Below are positions 36,351 to 46,104 of a stretch of DNA of 64,000 bases, one piece after another. This DNA comes from Planctomycetota bacterium. GTDB lineage: Bacteria > Planctomycetota > UBA1135 > UBA2386. Where the stretch lies: NCBI GenBank assembly GCA_046290465.1, contig JBKAGP010000001.1:2752001-2816000 (forward strand). Reading direction: 5' to 3'. Numbering within the stretch: the first letter of the stretch is position 1; each line of letters starts with the position of its first letter. Under the pieces are notes generated by a model. It saw only the letters and a program-made list of their open reading frames with translations, made no database searches and had not been told where the DNA came from. The position numbers and the translations under genes were made by a program.

Positions 36351-39023
36351 TCAGTTGCCCAGGCGGACCTTCAGGCCGTTGGTCACGACGAAGCCCGGCA
36401 GCAGCGACTCGTCGCCGGCCGGGTCGAACACACCGGCCTGGCAGTAGACCTCGAAACCGCTGAGCGCCGGGGTCGGCGGGATCGGCAGCGGCACGGCCGA
36501 GCGGCCGGCGAAGTTGGTCACGACCGCCCAGGTCGCGCCGATGTCGGCGATCAGGATGCCGCCGGGCGTGATCGGCAGCGGCGTCGTGCCGGCCGCGATG
36601 ACCGCGACCGAGAACGGCCGCACGTTGCGCAGGCCGATGCCGAACGTCGCGTTGCCGAGGGTCGGCAGCGCCGGCGTGCCGACCGGGTACAGGTTGGCCA
36701 GCAGCCCGCCGGTCCCGGTCGTGCCCGAACCGTAGTCGTCGGCGCGCGCGGTCGCGGCACCGAACAGCACGACGACCTCGCCCGACGCGGCGTCCGAGTA
36801 GAGCACGTCGCCGAAGCCGTCGCCGTCGACGTCGGCGATGCCGACGCCGCTGACGGTCGCGGCCGTCGCGACCACGCCACCCGCAGCCGGGCCGTAGTCG
36901 GTCCAGTTGCCGAGCACCGTGACGGTGCCGGCCGTCATGTTGACGACGGCAACGTCGCGACGTTCGGTGTCGGGGTCGCTGTCGGCGTCGAGCACGCCGG
37001 TCGCGATCTCCGTCGGGCCGCGGTCGACGCTGTAGAGCACGCGCGACAGGACGCCGGTGCCGTCGTTGGTGAACGCCTCGACGCCACCCTGGCCGAGCCC
37101 GAACGCGTCGATCGCAGCGGTCACCAGCACGTCCTGGTCGCCGTCGCCCTCGACGTCGGCGATCGCCGCCCGCGCCGGGTTGTTGGCGCAGCCCAGCGGC
37201 GAGCCGGCCGCGGCAGCGAACGCGCCGGTGCCGTCGCCCAGGAACACGTGCACGCGACCGGTGGTCGCGTCGCCCTCGGCGACGACGATGTCGGCGAAGG
37301 TGTCGCCGTCGAGATCCCCGACCGCGACGTCGCGGCAGGCGACCGAGTAGGCGGCGACCAGCGCCGCAGCGCTGAACGACGTGCCGGCGCCGTCGTTGAT
37401 CAGCGTGCTGGCCGAACCGGCGGTCAGGCCGGCCGCGCCGGCGTCCGAGACCACCAGGTCGTCGATGCCGTCGCCGTTCAGGTCGCCCGCGGCGAGGCCA
37501 CTCGGCGCGGTTGCGCCGACCAGCGTGGTCGTGCTGAGCAGCGACAGGCCGCCGCCACCGTTGTTGGTGAACACGTAGACCTTGTTCTCGGTGAGCACCG
37601 GCGGAACGCTGAGCGTTAGCACGGCGACGTCGACGCCGGCGGCGCCGTCGAACTCACCGGTGACGATCGAGACCGGGTCGCCGTCCGAGTTGCCGAACGG
37701 CACGGCCGACGTCGAGAACGTGCCGCCGGCGTTGAGGCCGACGACCACGGCGGGCACGGCCCCCTGGCACATCGCGGCGAAGTCCGGATCGGTGTCGCCG
37801 TCGAGGTCGGCGACCGCGAGGCCTACCGGCGCATAGCCGGGCGGCAGCATGGTCGCGACGCCCGCGCCGAGGCCGTTCACGTAGGGCTTCGCGGTGGCGT
37901 CGACGGCGGTGCCGCCGGCGATCGCGTAGGCGCCCGGCGAGGTCAGGCCGGAATACCAGTTGCCCTCGTAGGTGGTGCCGCCGGCCGCGGTGTCGTAGGC
38001 GTCGTTGTCGACGCCGCCGAGCGTCGCCGAGAACACGTTCTCGCGCACGTCGAGGCCGGTCGCATCGAAGTTCACCCACGCGTAGAGCGCGCCGTGCACG
38101 ACGTTGCGCCGCACGGTCGCCGGGATCGGCCCCGCGGTGCTCGAGTAGAAGTAGATGCCCGACTCGTTGCCGCCGAGGTTGCAGTCCTCGATGACGACCG
38201 TCGAGGCGTCGTAGATCAGCATGCCCGTCGCCGTGTAGCTGGACGGGTCGTACCAGTGGTTGAGGATCGTGGTCCGGCGGATCTCACCGCTGGCGCCCCG
38301 GCTGATCTGCACGCCGTTCTGCGCGGCGAGCGGCACGTCCGCATGCGGGTTGCCGCGCACCAGGCAGTCGTCCATGACCAGATGCGCGTCGAAGTTCGCG
38401 GCGACGCCGCCCTTGCCGTACTCGCGCACGACGCAGCCGCGCAGCGTGACGTTGGTCGGGTCGCCGACGCCGTCGCCGCGCACGTTGACGCCGAGCGGGC
38501 CCTGGATGCCGTTGATCGGGTTGGCGCGGGCGTTGACGCACTCGACGTTGTCGAGCACGGCATCGGCACCACCACCGACCCACAGGCAGTAGGCGCGGCC
38601 GGTGCCCGGGATGCTGAAGCCCTGGTCGAGCGTCAGGTCGCGCACGTAGGTCTCGGCGCTGCCCTGCAGCGCGAGCGCGCAGCGGTGCGCCTCGACGGTC
38701 GGCGCGCCGAGCGTGCCCGACGGCAGCAGCGCGTCGATCGACGTGTGCGCCTTGACGATCGTCATGCCGACGCCGGCACCCTGGATCGCGATGTCCTTGG
38801 TGCCGAGCACGAGGCTGCCCTGTTCGTCACCGTAGGTGGCGGCGAACAGGTGCACGACGTCACCGGCGGTGGCGACGGAGACCGCATGGTTGATGGTCTG
38901 GAACGGCATCGTCTCGGTGCCGGGGTCGGCGTCGTTGCCGGTGGGGCTTACCCACCAGTGGTTCTGGGCCGAGGCCGATGCGGCGAGCGCCATCGCGAAC
39001 GCGATGGAAAGAGGTCTGTTCAT
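36351..39023 (-). CDS. Secreted protein: DUF1565-like/beta-helix, FG-GAP (VCBS) repeats, C-terminal module
   Basis: Signal peptide; WVSP.G.D..PGT...PFQTI; repeated D.DGDG..D motifs; GGAG upstream. Confidence 0.85.
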   Translation of the reverse strand: MNRPLSIAFAMALAASASAQNHWWVSPTGNDADPGTETMPFQTINHAVSVATAGDVVHLFAATYGDEQGSLVLGTKDIAIQGAGVGMTIVKAHTSIDALLPSGTLGAPTVEAHRCALALQGSAETYVRDLTLDQGFSIPGTGRAYCLWVGGGADAVLDNVECVNARANPINGIQGPLGVNVRGDGVGDPTNVTLRGCVVREYGKGGVAANFDAHLVMDDCLVRGNPHADVPLAAQNGVQISRGASGEIRRTTILNHWYDPSSYTATGMLIYDASTVVIEDCNLGGNESGIYFYSSTAGPIPATVRRNVVHGALYAWVNFDATGLDVRENVFSATLGGVDNDAYDTAAGGTTYEGNWYSGLTSPGAYAIAGGTAVDATAKPYVNGLGAGVATMLPPGYAPVGLAVADLDGDTDPDFAAMCQGAVPAVVVGLNAGGTFSTSAVPFGNSDGDPVSIVTGEFDGAAGVDVAVLTLSVPPVLTENKVYVFTNNGGGGLSLLSTTTLVGATAPSGLAAGDLNGDGIDDLVVSDAGAAGLTAGSASTLINDGAGTSFSAAALVAAYSVACRDVAVGDLDGDTFADIVVAEGDATTGRVHVFLGDGTGAFAAAAGSPLGCANNPARAAIADVEGDGDQDVLVTAAIDAFGLGQGGVEAFTNDGTGVLSRVLYSVDRGPTEIATGVLDADSDPDTERRDVAVVNMTAGTVTVLGNWTDYGPAAGGVVATAATVSGVGIADVDGDGFGDVLYSDAASGEVVVLFGAATARADDYGSGTTGTGGLLANLYPVGTPALPTLGNATFGIGLRNVRPFSVAVIAAGTTPLPITPGGILIADIGATWAVVTNFAGRSAVPLPIPPTPALSGFEVYCQAGVFDPAGDESLLPGFVVTNGLKVRLGN

Positions 39024-39084
39024 GGTCAACTCCTGGAGGTTGAGCGAGGGAGAACGAGGGAGAACGAGGGAACGGGACAGGGCT

Positions 39085-41745
39085 TCAGTTGCCGACCCGC
39101 AGCCCGACCGCGGCGGTCAGGCTGAAGTCCGGCAGGAAGGAGGTGGTGGCGGCGAAGTCGAACACGCCGGCCTGCGCGTAGAACTGCAGGCCGTTGGCGA
39201 CCGGCACCGCCGGCAGCGGCAGCGCGAACGAGCCGCGACCGGCGCCGTCGAGCAGCGACGCGAACAGGAACACCGGCACGCCGAGCAGGTACTGGCACGG
39301 CTGCAGCACCGGCGCGACGTCGAGCGCGACCGCGCAGCCGGCGACGCTGTTGGGGAAGCCGTCGAGCAGGTCGAAGCGCAGCGTCGCGTTGGGCTGCACG
39401 GCGAGGCCCGGCGAGCCGCCGACGCGCAGCCGCGGCGTGCGGCCACCGGTGCCGGGGCAGCCCTGCCCGAGCGTCTGCACGCGCGCGGACGGCACGCCGG
39501 CCAGCAGCGCCACGCCGCCGCGCGACGGCTCGGCGACGATCAGGTCGCGGTAGCCGTCGAGGTCGAGGTCGGCGGCGACCACGTCGGTCGGAGCATCCAC
39601 GGCCGTGACCAGCCCGCCGTCGACGAAGCCGACACCGGCCAGGTGCGATCCGAACCGCGTCAGGTCGGAGGCCGCGCGGTTGAGCACGATCACGTCGGGG
39701 CCGGTCGGCGACGGGAACGTGTCGGCCCCGAAGTCGTCGGCGACCACGCGCCGCGGCCCGTGGTCGGTCGGCAGCGCCGCCGCCGGCTGCAGCGCACCGG
39801 CGACGTTGTCGAGGATCTGCAGCACGCCGCGCTGCAGCGGCAAGCCGCCGCCGAGCGCCGCGACCAGCACGTCGCGATCGCCGTCGCCGTCGTGGTCGGC
39901 GACCGTGACCGCGGTCGGCGAGTCCGGCAGCGGCGAGGCGCCGGTCGCGACCAGGCCGCCGACGCCGTCCCCGACGAAGCGCCGCAGTTCGCTGGCCGCA
40001 CCGGTGCCGCCGACCACGACCACGTCGTCGATCAGGTCGCCGTCGAGGTCGCCGCTGGCAACCGCGGTGACCGAACCCGAGAACGTCCCCGGCAGCGGCG
40101 TCGGCACCCAGTTGACCCCGTCGAACGCGTTGACGAACGACGTGCCGCCGCCCGCGGCCAGCGTCGGCGCGCCGCGATCGACGACGACCAGGTCGTCGCG
40201 CGCATCGCCGTTGAGGCGCACGACCCCGAGGTCACTCGGGTCGGCCATCGCGGCCAGCGGTTCTTGGTGCAGCAGCGACAGGCCGCCGCTGCCGTCGTTG
40301 GCGAACACCCAGAAGGCCGCACCGTTGGGCAGCGGTGGCGACGGTGCCGTCAGCGCGACGACGTCGGCGCCGACCGCGCCGTCGAACTCACCGACGAGCA
40401 GGCGGACCGGCCGCAGCGCGGCCCCGCCGAGCGGCGCCACCGCCAGCTGGTAGCCGGTCGGTCGCCACAGCGCCACGGTCAGCGCGGCGCCGTTGCCGAC
40501 GTGGTCGAGCGTCGCGAAGTCCTCGCGCCCGTCGCCGTCGAAGTCGGCCGCGACCACGGCGACCGGCGCGCCACCGCAGACCACGCGCTGCGGATCGGCG
40601 AACGTTCCGATGCCGGCGAACGCCGCCGCGTCCGCGCTGCCCCCGCCGGCGATCGGCACCGGGGCGGTGGCCTCTGCTACCGGGACCGGAAAGCGGTTGC
40701 CGGCCCACGCGTTGCCCGCCGCGGTGTCGTCGAAGGCGACCAGCGGATCGAAGCGCGAGACCGGCGACAGGGCGTTGCCGCGGACCAGCAGGCCGGAGAC
40801 GCCCGACAGGCGGATCGCGGTGTCGACCGCGCTGATCCGGTTGTGCGAGACCTCGCCCGGCACGATCGACGGCGGCTGGTGTTCGAAGTCGATGCCGACC
40901 GCGCAGCCGGAGATGCGGTTGGCGTCGAGCACGCAGCCGGTGGTCGGCTGCCGCAGACGCACGCCGGCGCCGCCGCCACCGCCGCACGCCAGCAGGCGGC
41001 ACGCATGCACGCGCAGCCGCGCGTCGTCGGCGACCGTGACGGCGACCTGGTCGACGCTCGCCGCAGCACCGCCGCCGACGGCGAGGCACTCCTGCAGGTC
41101 CAGCTCGGCGCGCAGCCGCCCGAACACGCCACCGTCGCCGAAGCCGCGCAGTTCGCACAGGCGCAGGAACAGCGTGGTCGGATCGATCGCGACGCTGCCT
41201 TCGACGACGACCGCGTGCGCACGGCCGCCCGGCGCGTTGCCGGCGCGGCAGTCGCGCAGCGCGCAGCGGTCGACGACGACGTCGGCGCCGCCGCGCAGGT
41301 AGAGCCCGGCGAGGTGTCCGCTCGGCGCGGCGTTCGCCTGGGCGTCGATCGTCAGGTCGCGCAGGTGCACGCGCGCCGGGCCGTCGACCAGCACGCCGAC
41401 GCGATGCGCGACGGCGGCGCCGCCACCGATCTGCGCCGGCGGCAGCGGCGCGGTCGCCGAGGCGTGCGGCCGCAGGATCGTGGCACCGACGCCCGCCCCC
41501 TGCAGCACGAGGTCCTTGCCGCCGAGCGTGACGAGGCCCTGTTCGTCGCCGAACACCCCCGCCTGCAGGAACAGCGTCTGCCCCGACGACGCGACCGACG
41601 CGGCGTGCTGGATCGTGCGGAACGGTGCCGACGGGGTGCCGGCGGCCGCGTCGCTGCCGCTGGGCGAGACGTGCCACTGCGCCGGCAGCAGCGCGGAGAT
41701 CGAGACGGCGGCGAGGAACGAGACGGCGAGGGCGGGTGCTTGCAT
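39085..41745 (-). CDS. Secreted paralog: DUF1565-like/beta-helix, FG-GAP repeats, C-terminal module
   Basis: Same architecture and co-linear motifs as 36351..39023 (GDEQG...LG.KD, GEFDGA.G.DV, QAGVFD). Confidence 0.85.
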   Translation of the reverse strand: MQAPALAVSFLAAVSISALLPAQWHVSPSGSDAAAGTPSAPFRTIQHAASVASSGQTLFLQAGVFGDEQGLVTLGGKDLVLQGAGVGATILRPHASATAPLPPAQIGGGAAVAHRVGVLVDGPARVHLRDLTIDAQANAAPSGHLAGLYLRGGADVVVDRCALRDCRAGNAPGGRAHAVVVEGSVAIDPTTLFLRLCELRGFGDGGVFGRLRAELDLQECLAVGGGAAASVDQVAVTVADDARLRVHACRLLACGGGGGAGVRLRQPTTGCVLDANRISGCAVGIDFEHQPPSIVPGEVSHNRISAVDTAIRLSGVSGLLVRGNALSPVSRFDPLVAFDDTAAGNAWAGNRFPVPVAEATAPVPIAGGGSADAAAFAGIGTFADPQRVVCGGAPVAVVAADFDGDGREDFATLDHVGNGAALTVALWRPTGYQLAVAPLGGAALRPVRLLVGEFDGAVGADVVALTAPSPPLPNGAAFWVFANDGSGGLSLLHQEPLAAMADPSDLGVVRLNGDARDDLVVVDRGAPTLAAGGGTSFVNAFDGVNWVPTPLPGTFSGSVTAVASGDLDGDLIDDVVVVGGTGAASELRRFVGDGVGGLVATGASPLPDSPTAVTVADHDGDGDRDVLVAALGGGLPLQRGVLQILDNVAGALQPAAALPTDHGPRRVVADDFGADTFPSPTGPDVIVLNRAASDLTRFGSHLAGVGFVDGGLVTAVDAPTDVVAADLDLDGYRDLIVAEPSRGGVALLAGVPSARVQTLGQGCPGTGGRTPRLRVGGSPGLAVQPNATLRFDLLDGFPNSVAGCAVALDVAPVLQPCQYLLGVPVFLFASLLDGAGRGSFALPLPAVPVANGLQFYAQAGVFDFAATTSFLPDFSLTAAVGLRVGN

Positions 41746-42000
41746 GAAACGGCGCCCCGACCAGTTCGACGGATGGGACACTCCTCCAAACGGCGGACCA
41801 TAGGCACGTGGGACATGCGACCACGCACCGAATGGGATCTTGACACCTCGTTACATACTGTGCCGCGGCAACTACGAACGATGCCCCACCAGGTAGCCTG
41901 CGACTGCGGTCATCCTCCAGCGCTGCGCGCGGCGAGAGTTGGAGGATGAACCGCGTACCGTACGGCTACTTTCCCCGACCAGCTGGTCCCGCAGCCTGGA

Positions 42001-43071
42001 TCAGGCCTTGGCGGCCTTTCCCTCGGCGATGATGCGCTGGGCCAGGCGGTCGGCGGCGTCGCTCGGCGGGATGTTCTCCTCCTTGGCGATCGTCCACAGC
42101 TCCTTCAGCGCCTGCGGGATCCGTTCGATCTTCTGCAGCGCCACCGCCTCGTCGTAGCCACCGTCGTGGAACTCGACCGAGACGTTGACGATGCCGCCGG
42201 CGTTGATCACGTAGTCCGGCGCGTAGAGCACGCCGCGATCGTTCAGCATCTTGCCGTGCTCGGGCTTCAGCAGCAGGTTGTTCGCCGCGCCGGCGACCAC
42301 CTTGGTCTTGAGCGCCGGGATCGTCTCGTCGTTGAGGATGCCGCCGAGCGCGCACGGGGCCAGCAGGTCACACTCCATCGACAGGATCTCGTCCTCGGCG
42401 ACGATCTTGACGCCGTAGCCGTCGGCCAGCTCCTGCAGGCGCTTCTGGTTGCGGTCGTAGGCGTAGACCTCGGCGCCGGCCTCGGCGAGGCGCTCGGCCA
42501 GCGGGCCGCCGACGGCGCCGACGCCCTGGATCGCGATCTTCCGGCCCTTCGGGTCGTCGTTGTCGTACGCCCAGCCGAGCGCCGCGCGAACGCCGAGGTA
42601 GACGCCGTAGGCGGTGTACGGCGACGGGTTGCCGCTGCCGCCGTCCTCGCGCGCCAGGCCGCTGACGTACTTGGTCGAGCGACGCACGATGTTGAGGTCC
42701 TCGATCGTCGTGTTGACGTCCTCGGCGGTCGTGTAGAGGCCGCCGAGCGAGTCGACCAGGCGACCCATGCCCAGGTAGAGGGCCTCCGACTTGATCGTCT
42801 TGGCGTCGCCGATCATCACGGCCTTGCCGCCGCCGAGGCCCGTGTGGGCCACCGCCGACTTGTAGCTCATGCCCTTCGCCAGGCGCTTCACGTCGAACAG
42901 GGCCTCTTCCTCGGAGGCGTAGTTCCACATGCGCAGGCCGCCCAGGGCGGGCCCGAGGGTCGTGTCGTGCACCGCGACGATGGCGTGCAGGCCACTCTGG
43001 GGATCGACGCCACGAACGACTCGCTCGTAGCCCTCGACCGGGATCTCAGTGATTTGGAGGGTATCGCTCAC
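42001..43071 (-). CDS. Leu/Phe/Val dehydrogenase
   Basis: HDTTLGPALGG.R, GGGKAV, SGNPSPYTA, IQGVGAVG, PCALGG and YAPDYVINAGG motifs. Confidence 0.94.
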   Translation of the reverse strand: MSDTLQITEIPVEGYERVVRGVDPQSGLHAIVAVHDTTLGPALGGLRMWNYASEEEALFDVKRLAKGMSYKSAVAHTGLGGGKAVMIGDAKTIKSEALYLGMGRLVDSLGGLYTTAEDVNTTIEDLNIVRRSTKYVSGLAREDGGSGNPSPYTAYGVYLGVRAALGWAYDNDDPKGRKIAIQGVGAVGGPLAERLAEAGAEVYAYDRNQKRLQELADGYGVKIVAEDEILSMECDLLAPCALGGILNDETIPALKTKVVAGAANNLLLKPEHGKMLNDRGVLYAPDYVINAGGIVNVSVEFHDGGYDEAVALQKIERIPQALKELWTIAKEENIPPSDAADRLAQRIIAEGKAAKA

Positions 43072-43192
43072 AGTGTCGGACGCGGCGCTGGCCGCGGATT
43101 GGGGGCAAACAGGATAGCGGCCGGCGCGTGCGAAGCCACTGCTGGCCGGCCCGGGATCCGGGCAGACCGAAAAAGCCCGGAAACCGTTCGGA

Positions 43193-44437
43193 TCAGCGTC
43201 CGCCGCGGCTGCCGACCTTGACCTGGAGGTCCACCTCGGCCTGCTCGCGCCGCACGCGAACGGTCGCGTTGCGGCCGATGATCAGGGTGTCGAGCACCTC
43301 CATGTAGGTCTCGATGTCCGGCACGGCCTTGCCGTTGACCGCAACGATGATGTCGCCGTCCTCGATGCCGGCGGCCTCGGCCGGACCGCCCTCGGTGACC
43401 CGGTCGACACCGACGCCGTCGACGTTGTAGTTGGGCATGAAGCCGAACGCGGGGCGCATGCCCTCGGGGTTCTCGGTCGGCAGCGCCGCCTCACCGGCTT
43501 CGGGCTGCCCCGGCTGCTGCTGGGCGGCCTGCGCGGCCTCGTCGACGACCCGCTTCGCGACCTCGCCGACCATCACCGGCTTGCGCTCGGGCTTGGGCGC
43601 GACCACGACGAACTCGGCGGTGTCGTTGGACGTCTCGTAGACGCCGCCGGCGACGTCCTCGACCGTCTCGGCGCTGAGCACGCGCACGTCGATGCCGGGC
43701 ATGCGCTCCTTGATGCGCTGCACGGTGCCCCAGCCGTGGTCGCTGTGGGCCCGGCCGCAGATCAGCACCGCCAACGGTCGGTTGTCCGGCTCGAAGCCCT
43801 TCAGGTGGTCAACGATTGACTCGGCCATGGTGTCGTCCTTGAGGCACTGCGCCGCGTAGAAGCGCTCCATGCCGCCCGGGCCGAACATGCCGGCGTGGCC
43901 TTCCATCAGCTCCTGGAAGGCCTCCCAGTAGTCGTCCTGCGGCGCGGTCGTGGTGCGGGCGAGGTTCTTGTCTCCCATCACCGCGTCGAGGCCTTCGCGG
44001 GCCGCCTTGCGCGCCAGCGGCCGCGGCGCGTTGGCCGCCAGCACCATCAGCTGCTTCTGCTTGGCGAACTCGATCACCGGCCGGTAGTCCCGCGCGTAGT
44101 CCGGCCACGGCCGCGCCTTGGCCCGGAACTCGTCCTCGTCGATCAGGCCGTTGAGGTACTGCAGCAGCACCGTCTGCACGTCGCGTTCGAACATCTCCAT
44201 CGCGATGACCAGGTTCGGGCGGCGCTCGTAGAGCGCGCGCAGCAGCGCGTGGTGGGTCTGGTGCACCGCGGGGGTCTGGTGCAGTTCGCCCAGCGCGACG
44301 ACGTCGGCGTCGGCGACGGCCGCGGCGACGGCGCCGACCGACGTCACCGTGTCGGTGTCGGTCACGACGATGCGGGGGCCGGTGCTGGCGCAGGCGCCCA
44401 GCACACTCAGAATCGACAGCAGGATCAGCGAACGCAT
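43193..44437 (-). CDS. ChaN family lipoprotein with C-terminal PDZ domain
   Basis: Lipobox LGAC; VVALGELH, MEMF, AQCLKDDTMA, G.AH; PDZ segment GGPAEAAGIEDGDII. Confidence 0.87.
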   Translation of the reverse strand: MRSLILLSILSVLGACASTGPRIVVTDTDTVTSVGAVAAAVADADVVALGELHQTPAVHQTHHALLRALYERRPNLVIAMEMFERDVQTVLLQYLNGLIDEDEFRAKARPWPDYARDYRPVIEFAKQKQLMVLAANAPRPLARKAAREGLDAVMGDKNLARTTTAPQDDYWEAFQELMEGHAGMFGPGGMERFYAAQCLKDDTMAESIVDHLKGFEPDNRPLAVLICGRAHSDHGWGTVQRIKERMPGIDVRVLSAETVEDVAGGVYETSNDTAEFVVVAPKPERKPVMVGEVAKRVVDEAAQAAQQQPGQPEAGEAALPTENPEGMRPAFGFMPNYNVDGVGVDRVTEGGPAEAAGIEDGDIIVAVNGKAVPDIETYMEVLDTLIIGRNATVRVRREQAEVDLQVKVGSRGGR

Positions 44438-44575
44438 GGCGGATATCAGAACGGGCGCGCATCTCGCCGGCAAGCGCGCCGACGTGCGGGGCCGGTCATG
44501 GGACGGTCGGGCTCGGATTCCCAGGGACGAACCCTTCCGCTGCCGCGTCACAATGCCTTGAATCAGCCCGTCTGG

Positions 44576-45355
44576 ATGAAGATCACCACCTGGAACGTCA
44601 ACGGCATCCGCGCCCGCCTCACCCACGTCGTCGACTTCCTGCGGGAGCACGAGCCGGACGTGCTCTGCCTGCAGGAGACCAAGGTCACCGACGACCTGTT
44701 TCCGATCGAGGCCCTCGAGGACGAGGGCTACGAGGTCTGCTTCGACGGGCAGAAGGGCTACAACGGCGTCGCGATCCTCGCCGCGCACGAGATCGAGGAC
44801 GTCGTCAAGGGCATGCCCGACGACCCGCCCGACGCCGAGAAGCGCGTGCTGGCCGCGACCGTCAACGGCTTCCGCGTGCTCAACCTTTACGTCGTCAACG
44901 GCCAGGAGGTCGGCTCGGAGAAGTACGCGTTCAAGCTCGACTGGCTGCGCCGGCTGCGCACCTACCTCGACAGCGGCTTCGCGGCGAGCGACGATGTCGT
45001 GGTGGTCGGCGACTTCAACGTCGCGCTCGAGGACCGCGACGTGCACGACCCCGAATGGTGGCGCGGCCGCATCCTGTGCTCCGACGAAGAGCGCGACGCG
45101 ATGCGCAACGTGATGGCGTTCGGGCTCGAGGACAGCTTCCGCCAGCACTGCGACGACGCCGGCGTCTACACCTGGTGGCACTACACCGGCGGCTCGGCGG
45201 TCAAGGACGACGGCCTGCGCATCGACTACGTGCTGTCGTCGGCGAGCGCGACCAGGCGCTGCACCGACGTGATCGTGCACAAGGAGGAACGCAGCAAGAA
45301 GGGACCGAGCGACCACGTGCCGGTCACCGCGATCTACGCCGAAGGGGACGCGTGA
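44576..45355 (+). CDS. xth: Exodeoxyribonuclease III
   Basis: TWNVNGIRAR, CLQETK, YNGVAI, GDFN, GLRIDY and PSDHVP motifs. Confidence 0.96.
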   Translation: MKITTWNVNGIRARLTHVVDFLREHEPDVLCLQETKVTDDLFPIEALEDEGYEVCFDGQKGYNGVAILAAHEIEDVVKGMPDDPPDAEKRVLAATVNGFRVLNLYVVNGQEVGSEKYAFKLDWLRRLRTYLDSGFAASDDVVVVGDFNVALEDRDVHDPEWWRGRILCSDEERDAMRNVMAFGLEDSFRQHCDDAGVYTWWHYTGGSAVKDDGLRIDYVLSSASATRRCTDVIVHKEERSKKGPSDHVPVTAIYAEGDA

Positions 45356-46104
45356 GCGACGCGGCCGCCATCGAGACGACCGGGCTCGGTCGACGCTTCG
45401 GCGGCAAGTGGGCCGTGCAGGACCTGCAACTGCGGGTCGCGCCCGGCGAGCTCTACGGCTTCCTCGGCCAGAACGGCGCCGGCAAGACCACCACGCTGCG
45501 GCTGCTCGCGGGGCTGCTGCGGCCGACGACCGGCGACGCGCGGATCTGCGGCATCTCGCACCAGCGCGACACCCGCGCGGTCAAGCAGCGGCTCGGCTTC
45601 GTGCCGGACACGCCGCCGCTCTACGACTACCTGACCGGCCGCCAATACATCGCGCTGGTCGCTAGCATGTGGAAGGTCGACCGCCGCACCCGCGACGAAC
45701 GCAGCGACCGCCTGCTCGACCTGCTCAACCTGTCGGCGCAGGCCGACGAACTGTGCAAGAGCTACTCGCACGGCATGCGCAAGAAGGCGCACCTGGCGGC
45801 GGTGCTGACCTGTGGGCCCGAGGTGCTGCTGCTCGACGAGCCGACCACCGGCCTCGACCCGGGCAGCACGCGGCGGCTCAAGGACCTGCTGCGCGACCAG
45901 GTCGCCGCCGGCACGACCGTGCTGTTCAGCACCCACGTGCTCGACACCGCCGAGCAGGTCTGCGACCGCGTCGGCGTGCTCGCCGACGGCCGGCTGCGCG
46001 ACGAGGGCACCGTCGCCGAGCTGCGGCAGCGGCACGGTCAGGGTTCGCTCGAGGACGTGTTCCTGGCCTTGACCGACGGCCGCCGCGACGGCGCCGACGC
46101 ATGA
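45352..46104 (+). CDS. ABC transporter ATP-binding protein
   Basis: Walker A GQNGAGKT, signature YSHGM, Walker B LLLDEP, STH. Confidence 0.95.
   Translation: MSDAAAIETTGLGRRFGGKWAVQDLQLRVAPGELYGFLGQNGAGKTTTLRLLAGLLRPTTGDARICGISHQRDTRAVKQRLGFVPDTPPLYDYLTGRQYIALVASMWKVDRRTRDERSDRLLDLLNLSAQADELCKSYSHGMRKKAHLAAVLTCGPEVLLLDEPTTGLDPGSTRRLKDLLRDQVAAGTTVLFSTHVLDTAEQVCDRVGVLADGRLRDEGTVAELRQRHGQGSLEDVFLALTDGRRDGADA

Noticed and set aside
41840..41870. TTGACA as a canonical + strand sigma70 promoter
   Set aside because: No -10 element at 16-18 nt spacing; TACTGT lies only 10 nt away.
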